A stretch of DNA of 24,000 nt from Cedecea lapagei (lineage in GTDB: Bacteria > Pseudomonadota > Gammaproteobacteria > Enterobacterales > Enterobacteriaceae). Numbering within the stretch: position 1 is the stretch's first letter; every line of letters starts with the position of its first letter. Positions 9,240-19,137 of this stretch are shown here, one piece after another. The translations under genes and the position numbers were made by a program. The notes under the pieces were generated by a model. The model was not told the DNA's origin. It was given only the letters and a program-made list of their open reading frames with translations, and did no database searches. The stretch is from contig NZ_LR134201.1 in NCBI RefSeq assembly GCF_900635955.1, positions 62,124-86,123 of the forward strand. The letters are read 5' to 3'.

Positions 9240-10511
9240 ATGAAACTCCGTATTTCTGTGCTGGCCGCAGCGCTGGCCGTGGCTATGCCTGCGCTGGCAA
9301 AGGACGTCTCTCTCCCTCAGGCCGCGGCGATAGCCAATACCGTCACTCCGGCAAACAGCAGCCAGAGCTTTGATGAGCTGGAAAGCCAGTCCCTGGTGGC
9401 CCTGCGTGCGGCTTTGAAAGGGGATGCGGACAAACTGACTCGCGACCAGCTGGATAAAGCGAAGCAAAGCAAAAAGCTGGCGGATACCGCGTGGCTGAAG
9501 GCCAGCGGCTATGACTTCCAGACCAAAGCAAACCAGAAGGCGGGCATCGAGCTGCTTTCCGCGTTCAGTAAGCTGCCGGATCCCGTGATCAAGCAGAACC
9601 TTGAAACGGTGACCAACATTAACCTTAACGCCGTGCAGACCTCCCGCCATCAGGCGCTGGCGGATGCAGAGGGCATCAACCATCTTTACTTCCTGAGCGA
9701 CGCCATGGGGCCGCGCCTGGGTAAAGCCTTCCTGGCCGCCTACGATAAAGGCGAACTGAGCAAGGCCGCTGCGCTGATTAAAGCCTCTGAGGTCAGCACC
9801 AGCGCGGCGAAGAAGCACTTCAATAACCCGCGTCCGTTCCTGATTCAGGGCAACACGATCCACCTTGTCCCGGATGATGTGGTGATTAAAGATAACAAAC
9901 CGTACACCGCAGACGGCGGTTCGTTCCCGAGCGGCCACACCAACACTGGCTACACCGACGCGCTGCTAATGGCCGAGATGGTACCGGAGCGTTTTGAAGC
10001 GCTTGTTGAGCGCGGCGCTCGCTACGGCTACTCGCGCATTGTGCTGGGCGTACATTATCCGCTGGACGTGATGGGTTCCCGCATGGTGGCGCAGCGCAAC
10101 GTGGCTAACTACCTGAACGACCCTAAATACCGTGCGTTGTTTAACGAAGCTCGCGATCAGCTGCGTACTGCGCTGGAGAAAGAGTGCGGGACCTCTTTGG
10201 CTGAATGTGCGAAATCTTCCGCGAAAGACGATCCATACCGCGCCCCGGCTATGAAAGAACTCTACCGCTTCACCATGACCTACGATCTGCCGCAGCAGAA
10301 GGGCGAGAAGCAGGCTCTGAAGGTGCCGCAAGGGGCGGAAGTTCTGCTCGAGGCCGCGCTGCCTAAGCTTTCCGCCGCGCAGCGTCGCGATCTGATGGTG
10401 AAAACCGCATTACCTGCGGGCTACCCGCTTTCCGGCACGACGGCTGACCAGCAGTTCTGGCAGCGTCTGAACCTGCCTGCGGCCTACGCCATGGCCGAGA
10501 AATCCCACTGA
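9240..10511 (+). CDS. Secreted PAP2 superfamily acid phosphatase
   Basis: 423 aa; signal peptide MKLRISVLAAALAVAMPALA; three PAP2 motifs KKHFNNPRP, GSFPSGHT, SRIVLGVHYPLDV; AAAAGGA SD. Confidence 0.9.
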   Translation: MKLRISVLAAALAVAMPALAKDVSLPQAAAIANTVTPANSSQSFDELESQSLVALRAALKGDADKLTRDQLDKAKQSKKLADTAWLKASGYDFQTKANQKAGIELLSAFSKLPDPVIKQNLETVTNINLNAVQTSRHQALADAEGINHLYFLSDAMGPRLGKAFLAAYDKGELSKAAALIKASEVSTSAAKKHFNNPRPFLIQGNTIHLVPDDVVIKDNKPYTADGGSFPSGHTNTGYTDALLMAEMVPERFEALVERGARYGYSRIVLGVHYPLDVMGSRMVAQRNVANYLNDPKYRALFNEARDQLRTALEKECGTSLAECAKSSAKDDPYRAPAMKELYRFTMTYDLPQQKGEKQALKVPQGAEVLLEAALPKLSAAQRRDLMVKTALPAGYPLSGTTADQQFWQRLNLPAAYAMAEKSH

Positions 10512-10521
10512 TTGACCTTCC

Positions 10522-10546
10522 GGGGCAGCACCTGCTGCCCCTGTTT
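10522..10546 (+). terminator. Putative terminator after the PAP2 gene
   Basis: GGGGCAGC-ACCT-GCTGCCCC followed by TGTTT (short T-tract). Confidence 0.55.
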
Positions 10547-10572
10547 CCGGCGAGCTGGGCGCAACGTCCGGG

Positions 10573-10602
10573 ATTGAAATTCGCTACACTTAACCCCATG
10601 CT
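10573..10602 (+). promoter_or_regulatory. Candidate sigma-32 (heat-shock) promoter of prlC-rsmJ
   Basis: ATTGAAA-N14-CCCCATGCT versus consensus CTTGAAA-N(11-16)-CCCCATnT. Confidence 0.75.
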
Positions 10603-10664
10603 AGACTCCATGCACAAAGCGCCGTTTGAGCGCTTCTCTCTCCCTTTTAATCAGGAACGCGCTT

Positions 10665-12707
10665 ATGACCAATCCTTTATTGACCCCTTTTGAGCTGCCG
10701 CCGTTTTCCGCCATCAAACCAGAGCATGTTGTTCCGGCTGTGACTAAAGCGCTGGATGACTGCCGTGCGGCGGTGGAAAGCGTGGTTGCGCAGGGCGCGC
10801 CTTATAGCTGGCAGAACCTGGTTCAGCCGCTGGCAGAAGTGGACGATCGCCTGGGCCGCCTGTTCTCCCCGGTCAGCCATCTGAATTCGGTGCAGAACAG
10901 CCCGGAGCTGCGCGAAGCCTATGAGCAAACGCTGCCGCTGCTGTCGGAATACAGCACCTGGGTTGGTCAGCACGAAGGGCTATACAACGCGTACCGCGAC
11001 CTGCGTGACGGCGCGAATTACGCCAGCCTGAGCATTGCTGAGAAGAAAGCGGTGGATAACGCGCTGCGTGACTTCGAGCTCTCCGGTATTGGCCTGCCCA
11101 AAGACAAACAGCAGCGCTACGGTGAAATTTCTGCTCGCCTGTCCGAGCTGGGCTCTACCTACAGCAATAACGTGCTCGATGCCACCATGGGCTGGAGCAA
11201 GCTGATTACCGATGAAGCAGAGCTGGCCGGTATGCCGGAAAGCGCCTTAGCCGCTGCACGCGCTCAGGCAGAAGCCAAAGAGCAGGACGGCTGGCTGCTG
11301 ACGCTGGACATTCCAAGCTACCTGCCGGTGCTGACTTACTGCGATAACCGCGCCCTGCGCGAAGAGATGTACCGCGCATACTCCACCCGTGCGTCCGATC
11401 AGGGCCCGAATGCCGGGAAGTGGGATAACACCCCGGTGATGGAAGAGATCCTTGCGCTGCGCCACGAGCTGGCTCAGCTGCTGGGCTTTGGTAACTATGC
11501 GGAAAAATCCCTCGCCACCAAAATGGCGGAGAACCCGCAGCAGGTGCTGGAATTCCTGTCTGACCTGGCAAAACGCGCTCGCCCTCAGGGTGAAGCCGAG
11601 CTGGCTCAGCTGCGCGCCTATGCAAAAGAGCATTACGGCGTGGAAGAGCTGGAGCCGTGGGACATCACCTGGTACAGCGAAAAACAGAAACAGCATCTCT
11701 ACAGCATCAGCGACGAACAGCTGCGCCCTTACTTCCCTGAAGAGCGTGCGGTGAACGGCCTGTTCGAAGTCGTTAAGCGCATCTACGGCATCACCGCTAA
11801 AGAGCGTAAAGATATCGACGTCTGGCATCCGGACGTGCGCTTCTTCGAGCTGTATGACGACCAGGGCGAGCTGCGCGGCAGCTTCTACCTTGACCTGTAC
11901 GCTCGCGAGCACAAACGCGGCGGAGCCTGGATGGATGACTGCGTGGGCAAAATGCGTCGCGCAGACGGCTCGCTGCAGAAGCCGGTTGCTTACCTGACCT
12001 GCAACTTCAACCGCCCGGTGAACGGCAAACCTGCGCTGTTTACCCACGATGAAGTGATCACCCTGTTCCATGAGTTCGGCCACGGCCTGCATCATATGCT
12101 GACCAAAATCGAAACCGCAGGCGTGTCCGGCATCAACGGCGTGCCGTGGGATGCGGTCGAGCTGCCGAGCCAGTTTATGGAAAACTGGTGCTGGGAGCCT
12201 GAAGCGCTGGCGTTTATCTCCGGCCACTATGAAACCGGTGAATCTCTGCCTGTTGAGCTGCTGGAAAAAATGCTGGCGGCGAAGAACTACCAGGCCGCGC
12301 TGTTTATTCTGCGCCAGCTGGAGTTTGGCCTGTTCGACTTCCGCCTGCACGCCGAGTTCAGCCCGGAACAGGGGGCAAAAGTCCTGCAGACGCTGGCCGA
12401 AATTAAGAAACAGGTTGCCGTGGTGCCTGGGCCGAGCTGGGGTCGCTTCCCGCATGCCTTTAGCCACATCTTCGCTGGCGGCTATGCGGCGGGCTACTAC
12501 AGCTACCTGTGGGCCGACGTGCTGGCGGCGGATGCCTACTCTCGCTTCGAAGAAGAGGGCATTTTCAACCGTCAGACCGGCCAGTCGTTCCTCGATAACA
12601 TCCTGACCCGGGGCGGTTCGGAAGAGCCGATGGAGCTGTTCAAACGCTTCCGCGGGCGCGAGCCACAGCTGGATGCGATGCTGGAACACTACGGTATTCA
12701 GGGCTAA
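10665..12707 (+). CDS. prlC: Oligopeptidase A (M3 zinc metallopeptidase)
   Basis: ORF opens at TTG 10626 but [14 protein letters not shown] starts at ATG 10665, giving 680 aa; zinc motif [13 protein letters not shown]. Confidence 0.97.
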   Translation: MTNPLLTPFELPPFSAIKPEHVVPAVTKALDDCRAAVESVVAQGAPYSWQNLVQPLAEVDDRLGRLFSPVSHLNSVQNSPELREAYEQTLPLLSEYSTWVGQHEGLYNAYRDLRDGANYASLSIAEKKAVDNALRDFELSGIGLPKDKQQRYGEISARLSELGSTYSNNVLDATMGWSKLITDEAELAGMPESALAAARAQAEAKEQDGWLLTLDIPSYLPVLTYCDNRALREEMYRAYSTRASDQGPNAGKWDNTPVMEEILALRHELAQLLGFGNYAEKSLATKMAENPQQVLEFLSDLAKRARPQGEAELAQLRAYAKEHYGVEELEPWDITWYSEKQKQHLYSISDEQLRPYFPEERAVNGLFEVVKRIYGITAKERKDIDVWHPDVRFFELYDDQGELRGSFYLDLYAREHKRGGAWMDDCVGKMRRADGSLQKPVAYLTCNFNRPVNGKPALFTHDEVITLFHEFGHGLHHMLTKIETAGVSGINGVPWDAVELPSQFMENWCWEPEALAFISGHYETGESLPVELLEKMLAAKNYQAALFILRQLEFGLFDFRLHAEFSPEQGAKVLQTLAEIKKQVAVVPGPSWGRFPHAFSHIFAGGYAAGYYSYLWADVLAADAYSRFEEEGIFNRQTGQSFLDNILTRGGSEEPMELFKRFRGREPQLDAMLEHYGIQG

Positions 12708-12715
12708 GCCATCAC

Positions 12716-13468
12716 GTGAAAATCTGTTTACTGACTGAAGCAGGCGCCGATCCCGGCGCCTTATCTGTTTTGAGCGAACGCTGGCAGCTTGAGCACGATG
12801 AAGATGCGCCGATGGCGCTGGTGCTGACGCCTGAGCATCTTGAACTGCGCAAGCGTGATGAGCCAAAGCTTGGCGGCATCTTCGTTGATTTTGCCTCCGG
12901 GGCGATGGCGCACCGCCGTAAGTTTGGCGGCGGGCGTGGTGAAGCGGTGGCAAAGGCCGTGGGCGTTAAGGGCAGCTATCTGCCGGATGTGGTCGATGCG
13001 ACGGCAGGGTTAGGGCGCGATGCCTTCGTGCTCGCTTCCGTGGGCTGCCGCGTGCGGATGCTGGAACGCAATCCTGTGGTTGCCGCGCTGCTCGACGATG
13101 GCCTGCGCCGTGGCTATGCGGACCCGGAAATCGGCAGCTGGCTGCAGGAGCGATTACAGCTGATTCATGCTTCCAGCCTGACGGCGCTTAGCGACATCAC
13201 GCCGCGCCCGGATGTGGTCTACCTCGACCCGATGTTCCCCCATAAGCAAAAGAGCGCGCTGGTGAAGAAAGAGATGCGCGTCTTCCAGTCCCTGGTAGGG
13301 CCGGATGAAGATGCGGATGGGCTGCTGACGCCTGCCCGAGCGCTGGCGAAGAAAAGGGTGGTGGTGAAGCGCCCTGACTATGCGCCGCCGCTGGCCGATG
13401 TGGCCACGCAAAACGCGGTGGTGACCAAAGGGCACCGGTTTGATATTTACGCCGGGACGCCGGAGTAA
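12716..13468 (+). CDS. rsmJ: 16S rRNA (guanine1516-N2)-methyltransferase
   Basis: 250 aa; [16 protein letters not shown] and [22 protein letters not shown]; start 9 bp after prlC stop, operon as in E. coli. Confidence 0.96.
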   Translation: MKICLLTEAGADPGALSVLSERWQLEHDEDAPMALVLTPEHLELRKRDEPKLGGIFVDFASGAMAHRRKFGGGRGEAVAKAVGVKGSYLPDVVDATAGLGRDAFVLASVGCRVRMLERNPVVAALLDDGLRRGYADPEIGSWLQERLQLIHASSLTALSDITPRPDVVYLDPMFPHKQKSALVKKEMRVFQSLVGPDEDADGLLTPARALAKKRVVVKRPDYAPPLADVATQNAVVTKGHRFDIYAGTPE

Positions 13469-13537
13469 TCGCCAAAACGCCGGAAAGCCTCTCGCAGAAA
13501 AGAAGATTTCTACTCGCCTCTCAACGGCTGTATTGGC

Positions 13538-13936
13538 ATGTTGCCTGCTATGCAGCCGATCCGACATTTCGCCCGCCAGCTAAGGCGACAGATGACCCCC
13601 GAAGAGAGCCTGCTGTGGTATCAACTCCGCTGCAGGCGCTTTGCCGCGTTTAAGTTTCGTCGCCAGCATCCGATTGGGCCCTATATTGTTGATTTTGCCT
13701 GCTGCGCTGCTCGTCTGGCGATTGAGCTGGACGGTGGGCAGCATGAGGCACAAAGAGGCTACGATGCGCGAAGAACGAAGTACCTCAATGAGCAGGGATG
13801 GCGGGTGAGGCGGTTCTGGAATAACGAGCTGTGGGGAGAGCTGGAGGGGGTGTTGACGGTGATCCTTCAGGATTTGAATGAGCTTAGACCCTCACCCCGG
13901 CCCTCTCCCTGGAAGGGAGAGGGGGAAAACCGATAA
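13538..13936 (+). CDS. DUF559 domain-containing protein (Vsr-like PD-(D/E)XK endonuclease fold)
   Basis: 132 aa; LRRQMTPEESLLWYQLRCRRFAAFKFRRQHPIGPYIVDF...AIELDGGQH...YLNEQGWRVRRFWNNEL. Start may be ATG 13553. C-terminal PSPRPSPWKGEGE is encoded by the hairpin repeat. Confidence 0.85.
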   Translation: MLPAMQPIRHFARQLRRQMTPEESLLWYQLRCRRFAAFKFRRQHPIGPYIVDFACCAARLAIELDGGQHEAQRGYDARRTKYLNEQGWRVRRFWNNELWGELEGVLTVILQDLNELRPSPRPSPWKGEGENR

Positions 13937-14006
13937 TTTATGCTCGATCCGGTCCGCTCTCGGTCCAGTCCCCTCTCCCCTTTGGGGAGAGGGTTAGGGT
14001 GAGGGG
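13889..14006. repeat. Nested inverted repeat made of two GC-rich hairpins in opposite orientation
   Basis: Hairpin 1 CCCTCTCCCT-GGA-AGGGAGAGGG (13901-13923), hairpin 2 CCCTCTCCCC-TTT-GGGGAGAGGG (13971-13993), outer arms CCCTCACCC (13889-13897) and GGGTGAGGG (13997-14005). Confidence 0.9.
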
Positions 14007-14012
14007 AAAGTG

Positions 14013-14450
14013 TTACTCGTCTTCGTCATCACGCAGCGGAACAATCAGCATATCCACATGCACGGTATTGATCAGCTGGCGAGCCGAGGACATCAGCTTG
14101 CTCCAGAAGTCCTGGTGGTGCCCGCAAACCACCAAATCCATATCGTATTTTTTAATTGCGTCTACCAGCACCTGGCCCAGATCGCCGCTGCCGCTCAGGG
14201 TTTCGGTTATAGGGTAACCTGCGCCGGTGGAAAGCTCGGTCAGCGCATGGTGAGTCTCTTCGGAAATGCGTTTCTGCATATCGCCCAGATTGACATCAAT
14301 CAGCCCGGTATACAGATCGGAGTAATTTACATCGACATGAATCAGGGAAACCTTAGCGTTATAAGGGCGAGCCATGGAGACCGCTTTTTCCACCAGTACT
14401 TTGCTCTCCGGAGAGAGGTCTACCGCGATAAGAATGTGTTTGTAAGCCAT
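14013..14450 (-). CDS. uspA: Universal stress protein A
   Basis: 145 aa; [53 protein letters not shown]. Confidence 0.98.
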   Translation of the reverse strand: MAYKHILIAVDLSPESKVLVEKAVSMARPYNAKVSLIHVDVNYSDLYTGLIDVNLGDMQKRISEETHHALTELSTGAGYPITETLSGSGDLGQVLVDAIKKYDMDLVVCGHHQDFWSKLMSSARQLINTVHVDMLIVPLRDDEDE

Positions 14451-14679
14451 AATGTTACTCCTTCCATAAGTTATCGATGACTCTCGCCGTCATCTTCTGA
14501 ACCGCAGCGGCATGAGCTACGGTCACCCTACCTAAAGACTTAAATTGTAGATGGTATTTCTACCTTATAGGGAGCTATTCAACCCGTCAATGCGCCACCC
14601 CGCAATTACATTCAAGCGAAAAATTATTGTGGCGGCCTTGATAAAGATTAACGCGGTGGTAAAAAAATTTAGGGATCTC

Positions 14680-14686
14680 CTACACT
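14680..14686 (+). promoter_or_regulatory. Candidate sigma-S-type -10 element of uspB
   Basis: CTACACT in the uspA-uspB divergent region; resembles extended -10 CTATACT; uspB is a known sigma-S-dependent gene in E. coli. Confidence 0.4.
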
Positions 14687-14816
14687 ATTAAGTGAGCCGG
14701 ACGGGAAGAGATCTGTGACCTGTATCGGTGAGCCGTTGCAGGATTGTCTGACAGGGTTTTCGGGGAGAGCGGTTGTCCCGAAGCAGTCGCTTCGAGGGCT
14801 TCGCCGGGAGGGGTAC

Positions 14817-15152
14817 ATGATCAGCACCGTTGCGCTGTTCTGGGCGCTTTGTGTAGTTTGTGTCGTGAATATGGCGCGCTATTACTCTTCACTGCGTGCG
14901 TTACTGGTTGTGCTGCGCGGATGTGATCCTCTGCTGTATCAATATGTTGACGGAGGTGGTTTTTTTACCTCACATGGTCAACCGAGCAAACAGGTACGGC
15001 TGGTCCGCTATATCTACGCCCAGCGTTATTTAGATCATCATGATGAGGAGTTTATTCGCCGCTGTGAGCGCCTGCGCCGTCAGTTTATTTTGACGAGTTC
15101 GCTGTGTGGATTAGTGGTGATAAGCCTGGTGGGATTGATTATCTGGCACTAG
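14817..15152 (+). CDS. uspB: Universal stress protein B
   Basis: 111 aa from ATG 14817 ([50 protein letters not shown]); SD GGGAGGGG. The listed ORF start at 14715 is too long. Confidence 0.97.
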   Translation: MISTVALFWALCVVCVVNMARYYSSLRALLVVLRGCDPLLYQYVDGGGFFTSHGQPSKQVRLVRYIYAQRYLDHHDEEFIRRCERLRRQFILTSSLCGLVVISLVGLIIWH

Positions 15153-15183
15153 ATTATCAGGGCAAAGTTATGGACAAGTATAA

Positions 15184-15215
15184 AAAAAGCGGGCCAGTTA
15201 CCTGACCCGCTTTTT
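15184..15215. terminator. Bidirectional terminator between uspB and pitA
   Basis: AAAAAGCGGGCCAG-TTAC-CTGACCCGCTTTTT, one mismatch, T/A tracts on both strands. Confidence 0.9.
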
Positions 15216-15229
15216 CTTTTGGCTGCCGC

Positions 15230-16726
15230 TTACACGAAGCGCAGCGCAATCCAGTACAGCCCGCCGGAGAGCAGAATCGAAGCCGGTAAGGTGAATATCC
15301 AGGCCATCAGGATATTGGTTACCGTCTTACGCTGCAGGCCGCCGCCGTCCACGATCATCGTCCCCGCCACGGAGGAAGAGAGTACGTGGGTGGTGGAAAC
15401 CGGCATCCCGGTGTAGCTTGCCAGACCGATAGAAACGGCCGCCGTCATCTGCGCGGACATCCCTTGCGCATAGGTCATGCCTTTTTTACCGATCTTCTCG
15501 CCGATGGTGGTCGCGACGCGACGCCAGCCGATCATGGTGCCGATCCCCAGCGCCAGCGCGACGGCCAGAATAATCCAGACCGGCGCGTATTCGATGGTGC
15601 TGAGCATATCGCCTTTCAGCTTCTTCAGCAGGCGCTGATCGTCCGCATTCACTTCCGGCAGCTTCGCCACTTTATCCGTGGTGTCGGAGATGCACAGCAT
15701 GATGCGACGCAGCTGGCTACGCTGCTCGATGCTGAGCTTGTCGTAGCTTTCGATGTCGGTCAGCATCAGCTTCGCGCGGTCCAGCGCGGTGATAGCGTTT
15801 GCCGGGTGGCAGTGGAACTGAGCCGGTTCCGTTGCGCCCGCTTCCGGGGAAGGGATCAGCTGTTCCGCACCGGTCGCCTTCTGCAGCAGCTCAGGGTGCT
15901 GCTGGAAGTACGTTTCGATGTTGTTCACTGCGTCACGGGTACGGGTGATTTCGTAGCCGGAAGCGTTCATGTTGACCACGAAACCAGCAGGCGCGACGCC
16001 AATCAGTACCAGCATAATCAGGCCGATGCCTTTCTGACCGTCGTTAGCGCCGTGAGAGAAACTCACGCCGATAGCGGACAAGATCAGGGCGATACGCGTC
16101 CAGAAAGGCGGCTTTTTCTTGCCGTCTTGCTTTTCACGTTCCGCCGGCGTCAGGTGAATACGCTGCTTTTTCTTGGTGTTGCTCCAGTAACGGCGCAGCA
16201 GGAAAATCAGCCCGCCGGCAATCACCAGCCCGACAATCGGGGAAAGGATTAATGAAGCGAAGATCCCCATGACTTTCGGGATATTCAGCGCGTCGACAAC
16301 CGAGGTGCCGGTCAGCAGCGCGTTGGTCAAACCGATACCGATGATGGCACCGATAAGCGTATGTGAGCTGGAGGCCGGCAGACCGAAGTACCAGGTGCCG
16401 AGGTTCCAGATAATAGCGGCCAGCAACATAGAGAACACCATGGCGAGACCATGGGATGAACCTACGTTTAACAGCAGATCAGTAGGCAGCATATGCACAA
16501 TGGCATAGGCCACGCTCAGTCCACCGAGCAGAACGCCGAAGAAGTTAAATAACGCAGCCATTGCCACCGCAAGTTGCGATCGCATAGCGCGGGTATAAAT
16601 AACCGTTGCTACTGCGTTGGCCGTATCGTGGAAACCATTAATAGCTTCGTAGAACAGCACAAATGCCAGAGCAAGCAAAAGTAAAAGCCCGGTATGAAGA
16701 TCCAGGCCGGCAAACAAATGTAGCAT
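15230..16726 (-). CDS. pitA: Low-affinity inorganic phosphate transporter
   Basis: 498 aa from ATG at 16726 ([48 protein letters not shown]); the listed ORF start at 16783 adds a non-homologous 19 aa. Confidence 0.97.
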   Translation of the reverse strand: MLHLFAGLDLHTGLLLLLALAFVLFYEAINGFHDTANAVATVIYTRAMRSQLAVAMAALFNFFGVLLGGLSVAYAIVHMLPTDLLLNVGSSHGLAMVFSMLLAAIIWNLGTWYFGLPASSSHTLIGAIIGIGLTNALLTGTSVVDALNIPKVMGIFASLILSPIVGLVIAGGLIFLLRRYWSNTKKKQRIHLTPAEREKQDGKKKPPFWTRIALILSAIGVSFSHGANDGQKGIGLIMLVLIGVAPAGFVVNMNASGYEITRTRDAVNNIETYFQQHPELLQKATGAEQLIPSPEAGATEPAQFHCHPANAITALDRAKLMLTDIESYDKLSIEQRSQLRRIMLCISDTTDKVAKLPEVNADDQRLLKKLKGDMLSTIEYAPVWIILAVALALGIGTMIGWRRVATTIGEKIGKKGMTYAQGMSAQMTAAVSIGLASYTGMPVSTTHVLSSSVAGTMIVDGGGLQRKTVTNILMAWIFTLPASILLSGGLYWIALRFV

Positions 16727-16955
16727 AGACGTTACGCCATTTTGAGGACATGAACGCGGCGCATTATGTAAGACAACCTCCACCGCGGCAAAGTGAAATC
16801 TGGACTTTTTTTGATTTTAGTCGCCCTCCGGCGACCAGCGGCAATGATTTACATTTTGTTTATCAATCACCTGCATTTGTTCTTCACCTTAAAGCTGGTG
16901 CGACCAGCCGCAGGTCTTTACAATCCGTTGCCTTAAGCATAGTCGGGAGTCGGTC

Positions 16956-18152
16956 GTGGAAAAGTTTGATGCCATTATTATAGGTGCGGGTGCAGCGGGA
17001 ATGTTTTGTGCGGCGATGGCCGGGCAGGCGGGCAGTCGCGTATTGCTGATTGATAATGGAAAAAAACCGGGCCGTAAAATCCTCATGTCCGGCGGCGGCC
17101 GCTGCAACTTTACCAATCTTTATGTCGAGCCCGCGGCCTATCTGAGCCAAAACCCGCATTTCTGCAAATCTGCGCTGGCGCGCTACACCCAGTGGGACTT
17201 TATCGACATGGTGGGCAAACACGGCATCGCCTGGCATGAGAAAACCCTCGGTCAGCTGTTCTGCGATGACTCTGCCCAACAGGTTGTCGATATGCTGGTG
17301 GCCGAGTGTGAAAAAGGCCGTGTGACGATGCGCCTGCGCAGCGAAGTGCTGAGCATTGAGCGTGACGAGCAAGGTTATACCCTGCAGCTCAACGGCAGCA
17401 GCGTACAGGCGGCTAAGCTGGTGATCGCTTCCGGCGGTTTGTCGATGCCGGGTCTGGGGGCAACGCCCTTCGGCTATAAAGTGGCCGAGCAGTTTGGCCT
17501 GAAGGTGCTGCCGACCCGTGCGGGCCTGGTGCCGTTTACCCTGCATAAACCGTTGCTTGAACAGCTCCAGGTGCTGTCCGGCGTCTCGGTGCCCTCCGTC
17601 ATTACCGCTGAAAATGGCGTCAGTTTCCGTGAAAGCCTGCTGTTTACCCATCGCGGCCTTTCCGGCCCTGCCGTCCTGCAGCTCTCCAGCTACTGGCAGC
17701 CGGGCGAATTCGTCAGCGTCAACCTGCTGCCGGACACCGATCTGGACGGCTTTATCAACGAGCAGCGTAACGTGCACCCGAATCAGAGCCTGAAAAACAC
17801 GCTGGCAATGGTGTTACCTAAGCGCCTTGTGGAATGCCTGCAACAGCTCCAACAAATCCCGGACGTGACGCTGAAGCAGCTTAACAGCCGCCAGCAAAGC
17901 GAACTGGTCGAAACCCTGCAAGCCTGGCGCGTACAGCCTAACGGTACCGAAGGCTATCGCACGGCGGAAGTGACCCTCGGCGGTGTGGATACCAACGAGC
18001 TTTCCTCCCGCACCATGGAAGCGAAAAAAGCCCCGGGCCTCTATTTTATTGGCGAAGTGATGGACGTCAGCGGCTGGCTGGGTGGCTATAACTTCCAGTG
18101 GGCCTGGAGCTCCGCCTGGGCGTGTGCGCAGGCGCTGGTTGAGGGCGGCTGA
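16956..18152 (+). CDS. yhiN: YhiN family NAD(P)/FAD-dependent oxidoreductase
   Basis: 398 aa, GTG start; GAGAAGMFCAAMAGQAGSRVLLIDNGKKPGRKILMSGGGRCNFTN; next to pitA as in E. coli. Confidence 0.94.
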   Translation: MEKFDAIIIGAGAAGMFCAAMAGQAGSRVLLIDNGKKPGRKILMSGGGRCNFTNLYVEPAAYLSQNPHFCKSALARYTQWDFIDMVGKHGIAWHEKTLGQLFCDDSAQQVVDMLVAECEKGRVTMRLRSEVLSIERDEQGYTLQLNGSSVQAAKLVIASGGLSMPGLGATPFGYKVAEQFGLKVLPTRAGLVPFTLHKPLLEQLQVLSGVSVPSVITAENGVSFRESLLFTHRGLSGPAVLQLSSYWQPGEFVSVNLLPDTDLDGFINEQRNVHPNQSLKNTLAMVLPKRLVECLQQLQQIPDVTLKQLNSRQQSELVETLQAWRVQPNGTEGYRTAEVTLGGVDTNELSSRTMEAKKAPGLYFIGEVMDVSGWLGGYNFQWAWSSAWACAQALVEGG

Positions 18153-18166
18153 GCTTCAGCCATCGA

Positions 18167-19036
18167 TTAAGTATCAAATGAGCAGAGCCAGTCAGTAAAT
18201 TTTTTTACTGCCTCATCATGCCTGCCATGCCACAGCAGTGAATAAGAGCCTGTATTGATCACACGATCGTCAAACGGTGATACCAGTCTCCCTGAGTTGA
18301 GATGTTTTGCGCAAAACAGCAAAGGGATCACCGCCAGCCCTAACCCATCTTCGGCCGCCTGAATCGCGGCAAAGGTGTGGTCAAGCGTAATGACGTTGGA
18401 CACGGTATCCTGGCTACCAGAAAACGTATCGTGCCAGCTTTTCCATAAATCTTCCCGTGCCCTAATGGCGAGTTTTACATGGCCCTCTAACCTTTCAGGG
18501 GAGGGTAATGGCCGGGTTCGCAAATACCCGGCGCTACAGACGAGCAGGCTGGTTTCGTTGAGAAATGGCTGAGCTTTGAGACCTGCAAAATGCGCCGGGT
18601 TTCTGCGTATGGCGATATCAAAAGGAACGGAGAGATTCACGGGCCCGATACTTGTCGTGACATCTACGGTGAGCTCTGGATGCAGTTCGTTGAAATCAGT
18701 CAGCCTGGGCATTAGCCAGTGCATGGCAAATGTCGGAAGACACTGGACGGTTAGCCGCGCTGAAGGTGCTATGGCGCTTAGTTTTTTTTCTGCCTCAGAA
18801 AGTTCAGTTAATAACCGGGTTGCAACCCTGGAAAATGCTTCTCCCGCCTCCGTAAGCCTTACCGATTTATGAGCCCGGTAAAATAGCTGCGTACCAAGCT
18901 GTTCCTCAAGGCTTCTAATGTGACGACTCACGGCGCCGGTGGTGATGAAAAGCTCATCTGCCGCTGCGCTAAAGCTGTTTCTGCGCGCTGCGGCCTCAAA
19001 GGCGGGCAAATGAGGCAGAGAGAGTGGTTTTTTCAT
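18167..19036 (-). CDS. LysR family transcriptional regulator (GcvA/AmpR-like HTH)
   Basis: 289 aa; LPHLPAFEAAARRNSFSAAADELFITTGAVSRHIRSLEEQLGTQLFYRA. Confidence 0.93.
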   Translation of the reverse strand: MKKPLSLPHLPAFEAAARRNSFSAAADELFITTGAVSRHIRSLEEQLGTQLFYRAHKSVRLTEAGEAFSRVATRLLTELSEAEKKLSAIAPSARLTVQCLPTFAMHWLMPRLTDFNELHPELTVDVTTSIGPVNLSVPFDIAIRRNPAHFAGLKAQPFLNETSLLVCSAGYLRTRPLPSPERLEGHVKLAIRAREDLWKSWHDTFSGSQDTVSNVITLDHTFAAIQAAEDGLGLAVIPLLFCAKHLNSGRLVSPFDDRVINTGSYSLLWHGRHDEAVKKFTDWLCSFDT

Positions 19037-19039
19037 TGA

Positions 19040-19054
19040 TTGAGTTTAGCTCAA
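19040..19054. promoter_or_regulatory. Candidate LysR-type operator (TTGAG-N5-CTCAA)
   Basis: Dyad with T-N11-A core in the LysR/GNAT divergent region, 3 bp upstream of the LysR start codon. Confidence 0.4.
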
Positions 19055-19137
19055 CCAGGCGAGAGAGAAAAGATCGTTTGTCAGAAGCATTCTCCACTCT
19101 TTAACATCAATCAAAAGTGATTTTGGGGGGATGCGAA

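Noticed and set aside
9168-9938. 256 aa minus-strand ORF opposite the PAP2 gene
   Set aside because: Antisense shadow of a gene with signal peptide and all three PAP2 motifs.
11247-12953. 568 aa minus-strand ORF opposite prlC and the 5' part of rsmJ
   Set aside because: Shadow ORF of highly biased GC-rich coding sequence; low-complexity His/Arg/Ala-rich translation with no recognisable domain, while prlC on the + strand is unequivocal.
18147-18161. GGCTGA-GCT-TCAGCC hairpin over the yhiN stop codon as a terminator
   Set aside because: Short 6 bp stem with a 3 nt loop and no T-tract; too weak to call as a terminator.
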